Part shown: in pieces, positions 30,273 to 38,828 of the stretch
Layout: each line of letters begins with the position of its first letter
Position numbering within the stretch: the stretch's first letter is position 1
Origin: Kiritimatiellia bacterium
GTDB taxonomy: Bacteria; Verrucomicrobiota; Kiritimatiellia; RFP12; UBA3636
Length of the DNA: 62,520 nt
Direction of reading: 5' to 3'
Assembly: GCA_016295275.1 (NCBI GenBank)
Contig: JAEDLN010000002.1
Coordinates: 1 to 62,520, forward strand
Translations under genes and position numbers: made by a program
Notes under the pieces: generated by a model
What the model saw: the letters and a program-made list of their open reading frames with translations, nothing else
Told to the model about the DNA's origin: nothing
Databases searched by the model: none

Positions 30273-32075
30273 TTAGTTCGCGTATGGTTGCCGTTGCGAA
30301 TAGGTCGTATGCAAGAGGTGATGCGACTTTTCGCAGAGAGGAGCTTCGAGATAGGAAGAGTAGAGTGTTTTGATTTCAGGATTCTCATGAGACAGACGGA
30401 CGGTGCACCGTTCGTCATCGGTCATGAGACCTTTCGTACGGTTTGCACGAACCTCATCGGTTGTGCCGTACGGCTGACCGCCACCGCCAATACAACCGCC
30501 GCGGCAAGCCATAACCTCGACAAAATCATAGCGAGGCTTGACGCCTGCTGCACGATCGGAACGAATTTGCTCTAGAACCGGTTCAACATTAGACAATTGA
30601 TGAACCACGGCTACCTTGACATCGACCTTTGTACCATCCTTTTTGGGAATGGTGATGGTCGCTTCTTTGATGCCCTCCATCGTACGAATGTCCTTGAACT
30701 CAAGAACAGGAGGCGTTGCTTCTCCGCTGACAACGCAATAGGCAGTACGAAGAGCAGCTTCCATGACACCGCCTGTGAAGCCGAAGATCGTTCCCGCACC
30801 CGAATAGGTTCCAAGCAGAGAATCGACAGGCTCTTCCGGAAGGGCGGAAGGATCAATGCCGAATGTCTTGCACATACGGGCAAGCTCGCGAGTCGTAAGC
30901 ACGACATCGGTATCCTGCTGACCGCTTGCGGCCATTTCCTTCGAGCGCTTGATTTCCCACTTCTTTGCCGTGCAAGGCATGATAGCGACAACGAAGATAT
31001 CTTTTGGATCGATGCCTTCCCTCTCGGCGAAATATGTCTTGATGAGCGCGGACTCGATCTGCATCGGAGATTTGGTTGTCGAAAGGTTCTCCAGGAAATC
31101 GGGAGCATATTTCTCGCACCAATCCACCCAGCCGGGGCAGCAAGAGGTGAACTGCGGCATGGCTCCCTTTCCGTTCAGACGCTCGATGAACTCAAAGCCC
31201 TCTTCCATGATGGTAGCATCCGCTCCGAAGTTCGTATCGAAGACTTTCTTGTATCCCATGGCACGAAGTGCGGCATACAATTGTCCGGTAACGATCGAAC
31301 CAGAAGGCAGACCGAATTCCTCCCCGAGTGCCACACGAACGGATGGTGCCATTTGAACGACGCAATACTTCGAAGGGTCTTGAAGAGCTTTTGCGACTCG
31401 AATCGTATCATCCTTTTCAAAGATGGCGCCAACCGGGCAATGTGTTATGCACTGACCGCAACGAACACAAGGAGAATTCGTTAACGAGGCGTCGGCGGCG
31501 GGTTTCATGAGCGTCTTTTCACCGCGACCGATAAATTCAAGAGCCCATACGTCTTGCATGTGTTGGCAGACCTCTACGCAACGACCGCATTTGATGCATT
31601 TGCGGGGATCCAAGACGATAGAGCAAGAGGATGCGTCTGGAGTCGCAACCGAAACCTCTGTTGGAAACGGAACATTTAAGATGCCAAATGCGGCTGCCAT
31701 GCTCTGCAGTTCACAAGACCCGTTACGACGGCACTGGAGGCATTCATTCGGATGATTCGCAAGAATCAGCTCCAAAACGGTCTTCCTAACGGCGGAAATT
31801 TCCGGATCATGTGTGATGATCTTCATTCCCTCCGTAGCTTCGGTACAACAAGCGCGTAACATTTTGGGAGAGACAACGAGCTTGGAAGGATCCTTGCGAT
31901 CGGGGACAAGCTGACGGCAAATGCAGAGGCCGCAGGCTGCACCCGGCTTGAGATCCGGATGATAGCAGAGATTCGGAATATTGATTCCGGCGGCACGAGC
32001 CGCATTCAGCAAGTTAGTACCTTGAGGCACTTCAACACTCTTGCCATTGATTTCAAGATGAATCATGTTTGCCAT
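30273..32075 (-). CDS. hydA: [FeFe]-hydrogenase catalytic subunit (multimeric HydABC type)
   Basis: 600 aa. N-terminal plant-type 2Fe-2S domain and 4Fe-4S ferredoxin domains, then H-cluster motifs TSCCPGW, MPCTAKKWE and EVMACRGGCIGGGGQP. Confidence 0.93.
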   Translation of the reverse strand: MANMIHLEINGKSVEVPQGTNLLNAARAAGINIPNLCYHPDLKPGAACGLCICRQLVPDRKDPSKLVVSPKMLRACCTEATEGMKIITHDPEISAVRKTVLELILANHPNECLQCRRNGSCELQSMAAAFGILNVPFPTEVSVATPDASSCSIVLDPRKCIKCGRCVEVCQHMQDVWALEFIGRGEKTLMKPAADASLTNSPCVRCGQCITHCPVGAIFEKDDTIRVAKALQDPSKYCVVQMAPSVRVALGEEFGLPSGSIVTGQLYAALRAMGYKKVFDTNFGADATIMEEGFEFIERLNGKGAMPQFTSCCPGWVDWCEKYAPDFLENLSTTKSPMQIESALIKTYFAEREGIDPKDIFVVAIMPCTAKKWEIKRSKEMAASGQQDTDVVLTTRELARMCKTFGIDPSALPEEPVDSLLGTYSGAGTIFGFTGGVMEAALRTAYCVVSGEATPPVLEFKDIRTMEGIKEATITIPKKDGTKVDVKVAVVHQLSNVEPVLEQIRSDRAAGVKPRYDFVEVMACRGGCIGGGGQPYGTTDEVRANRTKGLMTDDERCTVRLSHENPEIKTLYSSYLEAPLCEKSHHLLHTTYSQRQPYAN

Positions 32076-32096
32076 GGTAAAATCCTTTTCGCTAAA

Positions 32097-33899
32097 TTAG
32101 GAACGGACAATCGCGCCAAAACGGCAGTTTGTAAAGCAAACACCGCACTTTACGCACTTGTCCTGATCGATGGAATGAGGCTGACGAACCGTTCCGATAA
32201 TGGCACCGGCCGGGCAGTTCTTTGCGCAGAGCGTGCACCCCTTGCACTTGTCGGCGATAATCGAGAAGCTCGTCAACTTCCGGCACTTGTGCGCACGACA
32301 CTTTTTTTCCTTCACATGTTCGACGTACTCATCCATGAAGTAGCGCATTGAGGAGGCGACCGGATTGGAAGCCGTTTGACCGAGTCCGCAAAGCGACGCT
32401 CGATTCATGGCATCGCAAATCTTTTTCATGCTATCGAGGTCACCCATCTTGGCTTTCCCCTCGGAGATATTATTGAGATAGGTGAGGAGCTTGCGCCCGC
32501 CGATTCGGCAAGGCATGCACTTTCCACACGATTCATCAACCGTAAATCCAAGGTAAAACTTGGCGATATCGATAATGCAGTCCGTATCGTCCATGACGAT
32601 CATACCGCCAGAGCCCATGATCGATCCAAGTTTGGCAAGCGAACCATAATCGATAGGCGTGTCCAAATAATCAGGAGGAATCATGCCACCGGAAGGACCG
32701 CCTGTCTGGACAGCCTTGAGTTCATGGCCGTCGGGAATGCCTCCGCCAATATCGTAGATGATTTCGCGGAGCGTTGTCCCCATAGGAACCTCAACGAGAC
32801 CGGAGTTGCAAACCTTACCCGTCAATGCAAAAACCTTTGTGCCGTGCGTGTCGGCCGTTCCAATTCCGGCAAACCATTCCCAACCATTGCGGATAATGTT
32901 GGCAATATTGGCTAGCGTTTCCACATTGTTGATTACGGTCGGACACTGCCAAAGCCCCTTCACGGCAGGGAATGGAGGACGGGGGCGCGGCATACCGCGT
33001 TCACCTTCAATCGACTGAAGAAGTGCCGTTTCCTCACCGCAAACAAAGGCGCCCGCGCCTAAACGCAGTTCAATGTCAAAATCAAAGCCGGTTCCCAGAA
33101 TATCCTTTCCGAGGAGTCCTAATTCGCGGGCCTGCCGAATCGCAACCTGAAGACGCTGAATGGCAAGTGGATACTCTGCACGAACATAGATATAGCCTTG
33201 ATCCGCACCGATAGCGTAGCCGGCAATCATCATGCCTTCCAAAACGGCATGGGGATCGCCTTCCAAGGTCGAACGGTTCATGTAGGCGCCCGGATCACCT
33301 TCATCCGCATTGCAAACCATGTACTTTTTACCCTTGGGTTGGCTAGCGGCAAACTTCCACTTGAGCCCCGTTGGGAATCCGGCACCGCCGCGACCGCGAA
33401 GACCGGATTTGGTAATGACATCCACGACGTCTTCGGGTTTCATGGAAGTGAGGACCTTCTCAATTGCCGCATAACCATCGCGTCCGATGTAGTCGGAGAT
33501 TTGTTCCGGGTCAATGAAGCCGCAGTTGCGCAACACAACACGAACCTGCTTCTGGTAGAACGGAATTCCCACCGTTCCGGTAAGGCTTTTTCCTTGTTCG
33601 TGATTGTAAAGCAAGCGGTCAATGACACGCCCCTTCACGAGATGCTCGTTCACGATTTCCTTGGCATCTTCCGGTTTTACTTCTACATAGAAGGTGTTTT
33701 CGGGCAAGACTTTGACAATCGGTCCCTTTTCGCAGAAACCAAGACATCCGGTACGAATGAGTTGGATATCCTTCGAGATGCCGGGAACTTGAAGTTCCGC
33801 TTCGACAAGCTCTTTCTTGAGTTCTTCGGCAATCTCGTCTGCGCGACCGGAATTGCAAGCCGTACCGCCGCAAATCAAAACATACTGTTTGAAAGCCAT
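32097..33899 (-). CDS. hydB: NuoF-like NAD(P)H/FMN-binding hydrogenase subunit
   Basis: 600 aa. N-terminal thioredoxin-like 2Fe-2S domain with Cys10/15/52/56, then GRGGAGFPTGLKWKF and NADEGDPGAY (NuoF FMN/NADH motifs), then C-terminal 2x CxxCxxCxxxCP (CKGCTLCAKNCP, CVKCGVCFTNC). Confidence 0.93.
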   Translation of the reverse strand: MAFKQYVLICGGTACNSGRADEIAEELKKELVEAELQVPGISKDIQLIRTGCLGFCEKGPIVKVLPENTFYVEVKPEDAKEIVNEHLVKGRVIDRLLYNHEQGKSLTGTVGIPFYQKQVRVVLRNCGFIDPEQISDYIGRDGYAAIEKVLTSMKPEDVVDVITKSGLRGRGGAGFPTGLKWKFAASQPKGKKYMVCNADEGDPGAYMNRSTLEGDPHAVLEGMMIAGYAIGADQGYIYVRAEYPLAIQRLQVAIRQARELGLLGKDILGTGFDFDIELRLGAGAFVCGEETALLQSIEGERGMPRPRPPFPAVKGLWQCPTVINNVETLANIANIIRNGWEWFAGIGTADTHGTKVFALTGKVCNSGLVEVPMGTTLREIIYDIGGGIPDGHELKAVQTGGPSGGMIPPDYLDTPIDYGSLAKLGSIMGSGGMIVMDDTDCIIDIAKFYLGFTVDESCGKCMPCRIGGRKLLTYLNNISEGKAKMGDLDSMKKICDAMNRASLCGLGQTASNPVASSMRYFMDEYVEHVKEKKCRAHKCRKLTSFSIIADKCKGCTLCAKNCPAGAIIGTVRQPHSIDQDKCVKCGVCFTNCRFGAIVRS

Positions 33900-33912
33900 G
33901 GTTCAATCCTCG

Positions 33913-34281
33913 TTAGTTTTTGACCAAATGATCGGTTAAGACCGTGCGTCCAAGCACATGCTTCTCTAAGATTTGAGTCGCAAGCGCCTCGTCAACATGC
34001 CCATACAGAGCCGGTTCCATTCCTTCTACAACCACCTCGACGGTTGGCTCGAAATCTGGATGCCCCATGGCGCCGCTTTGCCGTACCATGACCTCAACCA
34101 GTTGTTTTTCGGCAACCAAATCGCAAAGGACATTGAAGACCTTTTTAGCGCCTTTTGCAAGACCTGTAGTCCCCATGCCAACGACGATCTGCGCCGTTTT
34201 GTTATCCGAATCGCGTAATTCCACCGTTACGCGATGTTCATCGCGCATCCGACGAAGTTCTTCAAGAGTGAGTTTGCTCAT
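33913..34281 (-). CDS. HydD-like thioredoxin-fold ferredoxin homologue lacking the cluster cysteines
   Basis: 122 aa, sitting where Caldanaerobacter-type hyd operons carry the small 2Fe-2S subunit. Where that family has Cys, the sequence here reads QIVVGMGTTGLAKGA ... RQSGAMGHPDFEP. The only Cys in the protein is in VLCDL. Confidence 0.6.
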   Translation of the reverse strand: MSKLTLEELRRMRDEHRVTVELRDSDNKTAQIVVGMGTTGLAKGAKKVFNVLCDLVAEKQLVEVMVRQSGAMGHPDFEPTVEVVVEGMEPALYGHVDEALATQILEKHVLGRTVLTDHLVKN

Positions 34282-34314
34282 CTGTAGATTCCTAATGTTT
34301 CTTTCAAAAAAGTG

Positions 34315-34842
34315 TCAAATAACCAACGTTTCTTCCCATCGGGCAATTTCAGTTTTGACATGCAACGGGCTATTTTGTCGGGAGGATAAACCAGTCTGGA
34401 AGTTGATTTGATAGCCTATCTGCCTGCGGTGATGTGTCAAGCGAAAGGAGCATGTTTCGGTTCCGGAGCAAAGCAACAATCCCAATTCAGCAAGGTTGCC
34501 AACGGGAAGAGCATCTGGACGTCTAGGATCAAACGTGACCATGATCTCCGTCCGCAAACCGGGTTCGCTTTTTATGTTTACGGTTCCCTCGACATCAAAA
34601 ACGGCCGCCTCCAGCAATGCAAGACCAAGACCAGTCCGGCGCTCCGGATGCTTGCAAGAATCGGTTCGGAAAGGATCGAAACAATTACGTACATCTTCCG
34701 CACACATTCCTTTGCCATCATCCAACACCCTCAACAACGTGTTGTCGGGATGCTCTTCCAAGAGAAGATCGACCTTCTTTGCACCGGCCTCGATAGCATT
34801 GTTTACGAGCTCGAGGACATAATCGCAAAGTGTTTCGTGCAT
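34315..34842 (-). CDS. stand-alone GHKL (HATPase_c) ATPase / putative Ser-kinase-like regulator
   Basis: Start set to ATG 34842 (track start 34926 is TTG and would overlap hydC). 175 aa with N-box ELVNNAIEAG, G1 box LDDGKGM and G2 box GLGLALL. No DHp/phospho-His helix, sensor domain or TM segment. Confidence 0.75.
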   Translation of the reverse strand: MHETLCDYVLELVNNAIEAGAKKVDLLLEEHPDNTLLRVLDDGKGMCAEDVRNCFDPFRTDSCKHPERRTGLGLALLEAAVFDVEGTVNIKSEPGLRTEIMVTFDPRRPDALPVGNLAELGLLLCSGTETCSFRLTHHRRQIGYQINFQTGLSSRQNSPLHVKTEIARWEETLVI

Positions 34843-34894
34843 TGAGAAGAACCGAACATCCTTGACCAAGACAAAGCCGATGGAACAGGAAGCG

Positions 34895-35395
34895 CTAGAC
34901 AGACTCCGCCTTACGATACTGTGCAATCAAGCCCGCAACTTGCTTCGTTGTCGCACGTCCATGTACGTTGCCATTGATAACAACGACAGGGGCGAGACCG
35001 CAACAACCCAAGCAACGGACCGCCTCAATCGAGAAAGCGCCATCCCCCGTCGTCGCATTCACACCAACGCCGAGTTGTTTTTCGAACTCAAGCAGAATGT
35101 CTTCTCCACCGCGCAAATAGCAAGCCGTGCCCATGCAGACTTGAATTTTGTTGCGTCCGGCCTTCTGCAATTTGAAAAAATTGTAGAAGGTGACCACACC
35201 ATAGATCTTGGCCAAAGATACATGCAGTTGCTTGGAAATCTCAATGGCTATTTCACGCGGAATATAGCCATAGATTTCCTGAACTTGGTGAAGAATCATA
35301 ATCAGGTTTCCCTGCTTGTCCTTCCATTCGTCAATGAACGCCTGAAGGACAGGCGTCATTTGAACGATATCATTCGCATTTTGAGAATCGCTCAC
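34895..35395 (-). CDS. hydC: NuoE-like 2Fe-2S hydrogenase subunit
   Basis: 166 aa. Thioredoxin-like 2Fe-2S motifs CMGTACYLRGG and VRCLGCCGLAPVV. The start is GTG 35395, preceded by GGAG 7 nt upstream; an ATG alternative is at 35359. Confidence 0.9.
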   Translation of the reverse strand: MSDSQNANDIVQMTPVLQAFIDEWKDKQGNLIMILHQVQEIYGYIPREIAIEISKQLHVSLAKIYGVVTFYNFFKLQKAGRNKIQVCMGTACYLRGGEDILLEFEKQLGVGVNATTGDGAFSIEAVRCLGCCGLAPVVVINGNVHGRATTKQVAGLIAQYRKAESV

Positions 35396-36262
35396 GTAAA
35401 ACTCCGTAAAGGATGAACTAGTCAGTGTGAAAAAGAAAACAGCCTGTAAGAACAGGTTGCACCCGTCGACTCGGCAATTTTAGTGGAAAAAAGAAAACCA
35501 GAAAGTCACCGAGGAAACTGCCCTATTTTCTCATATTTTTGGAATGTAATCAAGATAAAAATATTGAGACAATCCCCACGTTAATTGCAATTTGAAATAC
35601 CCCTACTCCTGGGATATTTACTCTGACAGGGGGGGAACGGGGGGCGTGTTGACTTTCGTCGGACAAGGGGCGGGATGATGGGTGGCTGCCGATCGACACC
35701 CTCCCCGGAGAGGGAGCATTTGCTTTTGGATGACGGTTCGTTTCGGGATATCCCCCCTTTTTTTTTCGACGAAGATGATGGGGCAGTCTGACAAACAGCC
35801 GTTATCCGCATCCCGCGAACCGGTTCACGATCCATCCGTTCCTCCTCGGGCAGGAGTGTTAACGGGCGGTGACAAGGCTATCCCAAAAAAGAAGAAGAAG
35901 AACGGCCTCTCCGCGAAGGAGCCGGGGAGACGAACAAGAAAACGCCCTTTTTTGAGAACCGAGAGCAACATAGATGTCGATGAAAACCCGAAAAACGACT
36001 CAGAGACGGAACGTGGGTCTATTGCGCCAAAATCCCCTCGCCCGACATCGAAACCGCACAAGTTTTTTGGCGATTCTCGGATAGCTTCATTCCGCGCGAT
36101 TATCCGAAAGGAAAAATCCGCGACATTGTGTTGCAGCATATCCGTCTCGGCTAAATGGCATCACTCACTTCTCAATTCCCAAACTTCAGATTGACTTCCG
36201 AAATACAAGTTTCGTTATGACGCGGCGAAAAAAAATTAACCGATCCTAAAGCCGGACACTTT

Positions 36263-36652
36263 TCAGCGGGAATTTTTCGTTCTTGAGATGATCTTTTCCG
36301 TTGATTTCAATGCAGGAGCCCCTTCCATCGTTTTCCCGTTTGCGCGATGTATACTCTCTTCTGCGCACCGTCGCAAAATTGAGTCTGATGATTTGCAATA
36401 TTGAACCCCACGCGTAATTTTGCAGAGACTGGTTTGCAGATTCCGGGCAATTGTGCGTTGTGGAACACCCGACAAGAGTTCTTTCATCAAAGCCCACCGT
36501 TTTGCAAAATCCACGCATTCCTTCGTGGTGCAAATCTCCCTGAGAAAGCGGGAAACCTCCTCTTTGGTTTGCAGAGACGACAAAACGGAAGACAATTCCG
36601 ACCATTCTTTCTCAAATTGTTGGAAGGCACAGACTTGACTTTCTCTTTTCAT
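36263..36652 (-). CDS. TrpR / YerC-YecD family DNA-binding protein
   Basis: CTTKECVDFAKRWALMKELLSGVPQRTIARNLQTSLCKITRGVQYCK aligns by eye with the E. coli TrpR helix-turn-helix [48 protein letters not shown]. Track start 36661 is TTG; first ATG is 36652. Confidence 0.7.
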   Translation of the reverse strand: MKRESQVCAFQQFEKEWSELSSVLSSLQTKEEVSRFLREICTTKECVDFAKRWALMKELLSGVPQRTIARNLQTSLCKITRGVQYCKSSDSILRRCAEESIHRANGKTMEGAPALKSTEKIISRTKNSR

Positions 36653-36685
36653 ATGTTGCAATCCTATTCTCCAACCGCATTTTTG

Positions 36686-37612
36686 TCATCTTTCGACAAG
36701 GCGAATCTGCGGATCAATCCAAGCGCAAATCAAATCAGCTAGCAGATTGGAAATCTGATATAAAACGGCTCCCAAAACGACGACCGCCCGAAGCGTTGGG
36801 AAATCGCTTGCGTTGACCGCATTCAGACCAATCCCTCCCAAGCCGGGAATGCCGAAAAAGCTTTCCAGAAGAATGCTACCGGTAAAGAGAAAAGGAACGG
36901 CCAAGCTCACATTTGTGACAACCGGAACCAAACTGTTTTTCAAAATATGCAAAAACAGAATACGTGTGGGGGAAAGTCCCTTCGCAATTGCGGTTCGAAC
37001 ATATGGTTTTCTCATCTCGTCCAACACTACCGTTCGATAGAAACGAGCGTCGGGCCCCAGTCCACTGACAACACCAATCAGTACGGGCAATAACAGATAT
37101 GTCCAGTTTGCAAATCCCCAAAGCGGAAACAGCGCGAGGCGGTAAGCAAGAAAATACTGGCCTGCCGTTACCCAAATAACATAGTTGACGCTCATCAAGA
37201 CCGTCGTTCCGCCGAGCATCCAACGATCAAAGCGTTTTCCGGCATGAGCCGCACAAAGCAGCCCGATCGATAACGCTAAAACCGTACCCAAAATCAAAAT
37301 GGGAACAGTAAGCGAGAGTGATACGCCGACACCATCCCGTAAGACAGACCAGACAGGAATCTTATATTCGATCGATTCCCCGAAATCTCCTCTGCACAAA
37401 TCACCCAAATAGGAAAGATATTGAACAATCAGCGGTCGATCGTATCCGAACTGATGATCATATTCCGCCAAAGCCTCCGCGGATGCATTCTTTCCAAGAA
37501 CCAATGCCGCCGGAGAGCCGCCTACCACCGAAAAGAGAAAAAAAGTGAGAAGCGTCACCCCGAACAGAGTCGGCAAAGTTTGCAATATCCGTTTTATAAT
37601 GTAACCACGCAT
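36686..37612 (-). CDS. ABC transporter permease, DppB/OppB (peptide/nickel) family
   Basis: 308 aa, six TM helices. N-terminus MRGYIIKRILQTLPTLFGVTLLTFFLF and the conserved loop YVRTAIAKGLSPTRILFLHILKNSLVPV. Confidence 0.85.
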   Translation of the reverse strand: MRGYIIKRILQTLPTLFGVTLLTFFLFSVVGGSPAALVLGKNASAEALAEYDHQFGYDRPLIVQYLSYLGDLCRGDFGESIEYKIPVWSVLRDGVGVSLSLTVPILILGTVLALSIGLLCAAHAGKRFDRWMLGGTTVLMSVNYVIWVTAGQYFLAYRLALFPLWGFANWTYLLLPVLIGVVSGLGPDARFYRTVVLDEMRKPYVRTAIAKGLSPTRILFLHILKNSLVPVVTNVSLAVPFLFTGSILLESFFGIPGLGGIGLNAVNASDFPTLRAVVVLGAVLYQISNLLADLICAWIDPQIRLVER

Positions 37613-37897
37613 TTGAGAAGTTTATCCTATACAAAATACCATAAAGTCTCAAGGTGAAATCGCCGGGCAGCAACATTTACGCATATAGCGTTTCGCCCGT
37701 GACATGCACTATGTCGCATTTCTTGAAATGTCATTCCTGCGGATGCGAGCAAGCCGAGCAAGCTACTTCAGAAACGCCCTCTCACATCGAATGAGGAATC
37801 GAATGACTTACGCATGTGCCGAGCGAAAAGAGGCGGCGGCTCAGTCCATTGCTTGTTAGCAACCTGCATTCCGGATGAAGAATCCTATCCGGCGAAT

Positions 37898-37931
37898 GAA
37901 AAAAAGCCGTTCCTCAAGAAGAAGGAACGGC
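37898..37931 (-). terminator. rho-independent terminator after tRNA-His
   Basis: GCCGTTCCT-N8-AGGAACGGC is a 9-bp stem. On the minus strand it is followed by TTTTTTT(C). It separates the tRNA from the permease gene. Confidence 0.6.
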
Positions 37932-37939
37932 TCGAAAAA

Positions 37940-38016
37940 TGGGGCGAGAAACGGGGCACGATCCCGTAACACCCAGATCCACAATCTGGTGCTCTACCAA
38001 TTGAGCTATTCTCGCC
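37940..38016 (-). tRNA. tRNA-His (anticodon GTG) with encoded G-1 and CCA
   Basis: Reverse complement GGCGAGAATAGCTCAATTGGTAGAGCACCAGATTGTGGATCTGGGTGTTACGGGATCGTGCCCCGTTTCTCGCCCCA. It has an 8-bp acceptor including G-1:C73, anticodon loop TTGTGGA, and T-arm ACGGG-ATCGTGC-CCCGT. Confidence 0.88.
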
Positions 38017-38151
38017 ATCCGAAGATGTAACGAGGCGAAAGTCTATCAAAACCGTTTCCGGAAAGCAAGCGAAAAAAAAGAATCTCTTTTGCGTTCCTCC
38101 TGCTGCATTGCGAAAAAAGCTTTGTATTACGGATTTTCGATGGATTTCAAA

Positions 38152-38685
38152 TTAGGAAAGCTGTGCCTCCGACGTTTCAATCTCCAAAAGTCGTGCCCGT
38201 ATCCAGACTTCAAGCTCTGGCATTTCTTCTTCCGTAAACACCGGAACGTTAGGATAGCGAAGCCGAATTTGACGCACCAATTCACCAGGGGCTATTCCAA
38301 TTTCCGAACCGGCGGCATCGTGAAGTACAGATTCTCGTCCGCAGCTCGGAGAGCGGGCTTTCAGCAAAAACGCAACCGGAGGAAGTTCGCCAAACTGTTC
38401 CAAAATCCGTCTGCAGGCTATCCTCAACTTCGGCGTGACATCCATCCTTGATTCTCGTCGCCAAATTTCCGGTATTGCCTTCCCAACCGAATCCGGTTGA
38501 ACAATTTCTATTGATGGGCGAGGCGTACCGAATCCTGCCGCAACCTCTGGACATGCCGAAAGAATTCGCACATGCGGACCGAAATCAGGCACATCGACTT
38601 TCTTGCTTTTCCCATCGTAACGGCAAGTATCACCAAGTAGACAGCGACTTACATACAGCGTCATAAACGATTGACTTTTCTTCAT
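38152..38685 (-). CDS. DUF523 family protein (2-thiouracil desulfurase-like)
   Basis: The motif YVSRCLLGDTCRYDGKSK near the N-terminus is the DUF523 signature. The track ORF starts at 38748; in-frame ATGs at 38697, 38691, 38685 and 38664 are equally possible, and I chose 38685 (MKKSQSF). Confidence 0.78.
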   Translation of the reverse strand: MKKSQSFMTLYVSRCLLGDTCRYDGKSKKVDVPDFGPHVRILSACPEVAAGFGTPRPSIEIVQPDSVGKAIPEIWRRESRMDVTPKLRIACRRILEQFGELPPVAFLLKARSPSCGRESVLHDAAGSEIGIAPGELVRQIRLRYPNVPVFTEEEMPELEVWIRARLLEIETSEAQLS

Positions 38686-38828
38686 TTGCATTCCCATCTC
38701 CTGAAAAACATCGCGGCTTTTACGATGGATACCGAAACGCCGCTTCATTTCTCCGCCACGCTACTCCGGAAAAGATGCCACGTCAAGCCTTTCCCCTATC
38801 CTGTCGTATCGTGCGAATACAATTGAAT

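Noticed and set aside
35620-35690. G-quadruplex-forming element
   Set aside because: The G-runs are present, but the spacing is irregular and I cannot compute stability. It is noted only descriptively.
35682-36194. 170-aa basic, low-complexity ORF in the spacer upstream of the hyd operon
   Set aside because: It has no motif, a purine-tract-driven composition (KKKKK from AAGAAGAAG) and no visible ribosome-binding context. It is kept only as a remark inside a finding, not called as a gene.
37680-37900. Short imperfect direct repeats (GAGCAAGC x2; CATTCC..CGGATG twice; TTACGCAT twice) between the permease gene and tRNA-His
   Set aside because: The repeats are only 8-10 nt long and imperfect, which is within chance expectation for a 300-nt spacer. 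No structure or known RNA motif was recognised.
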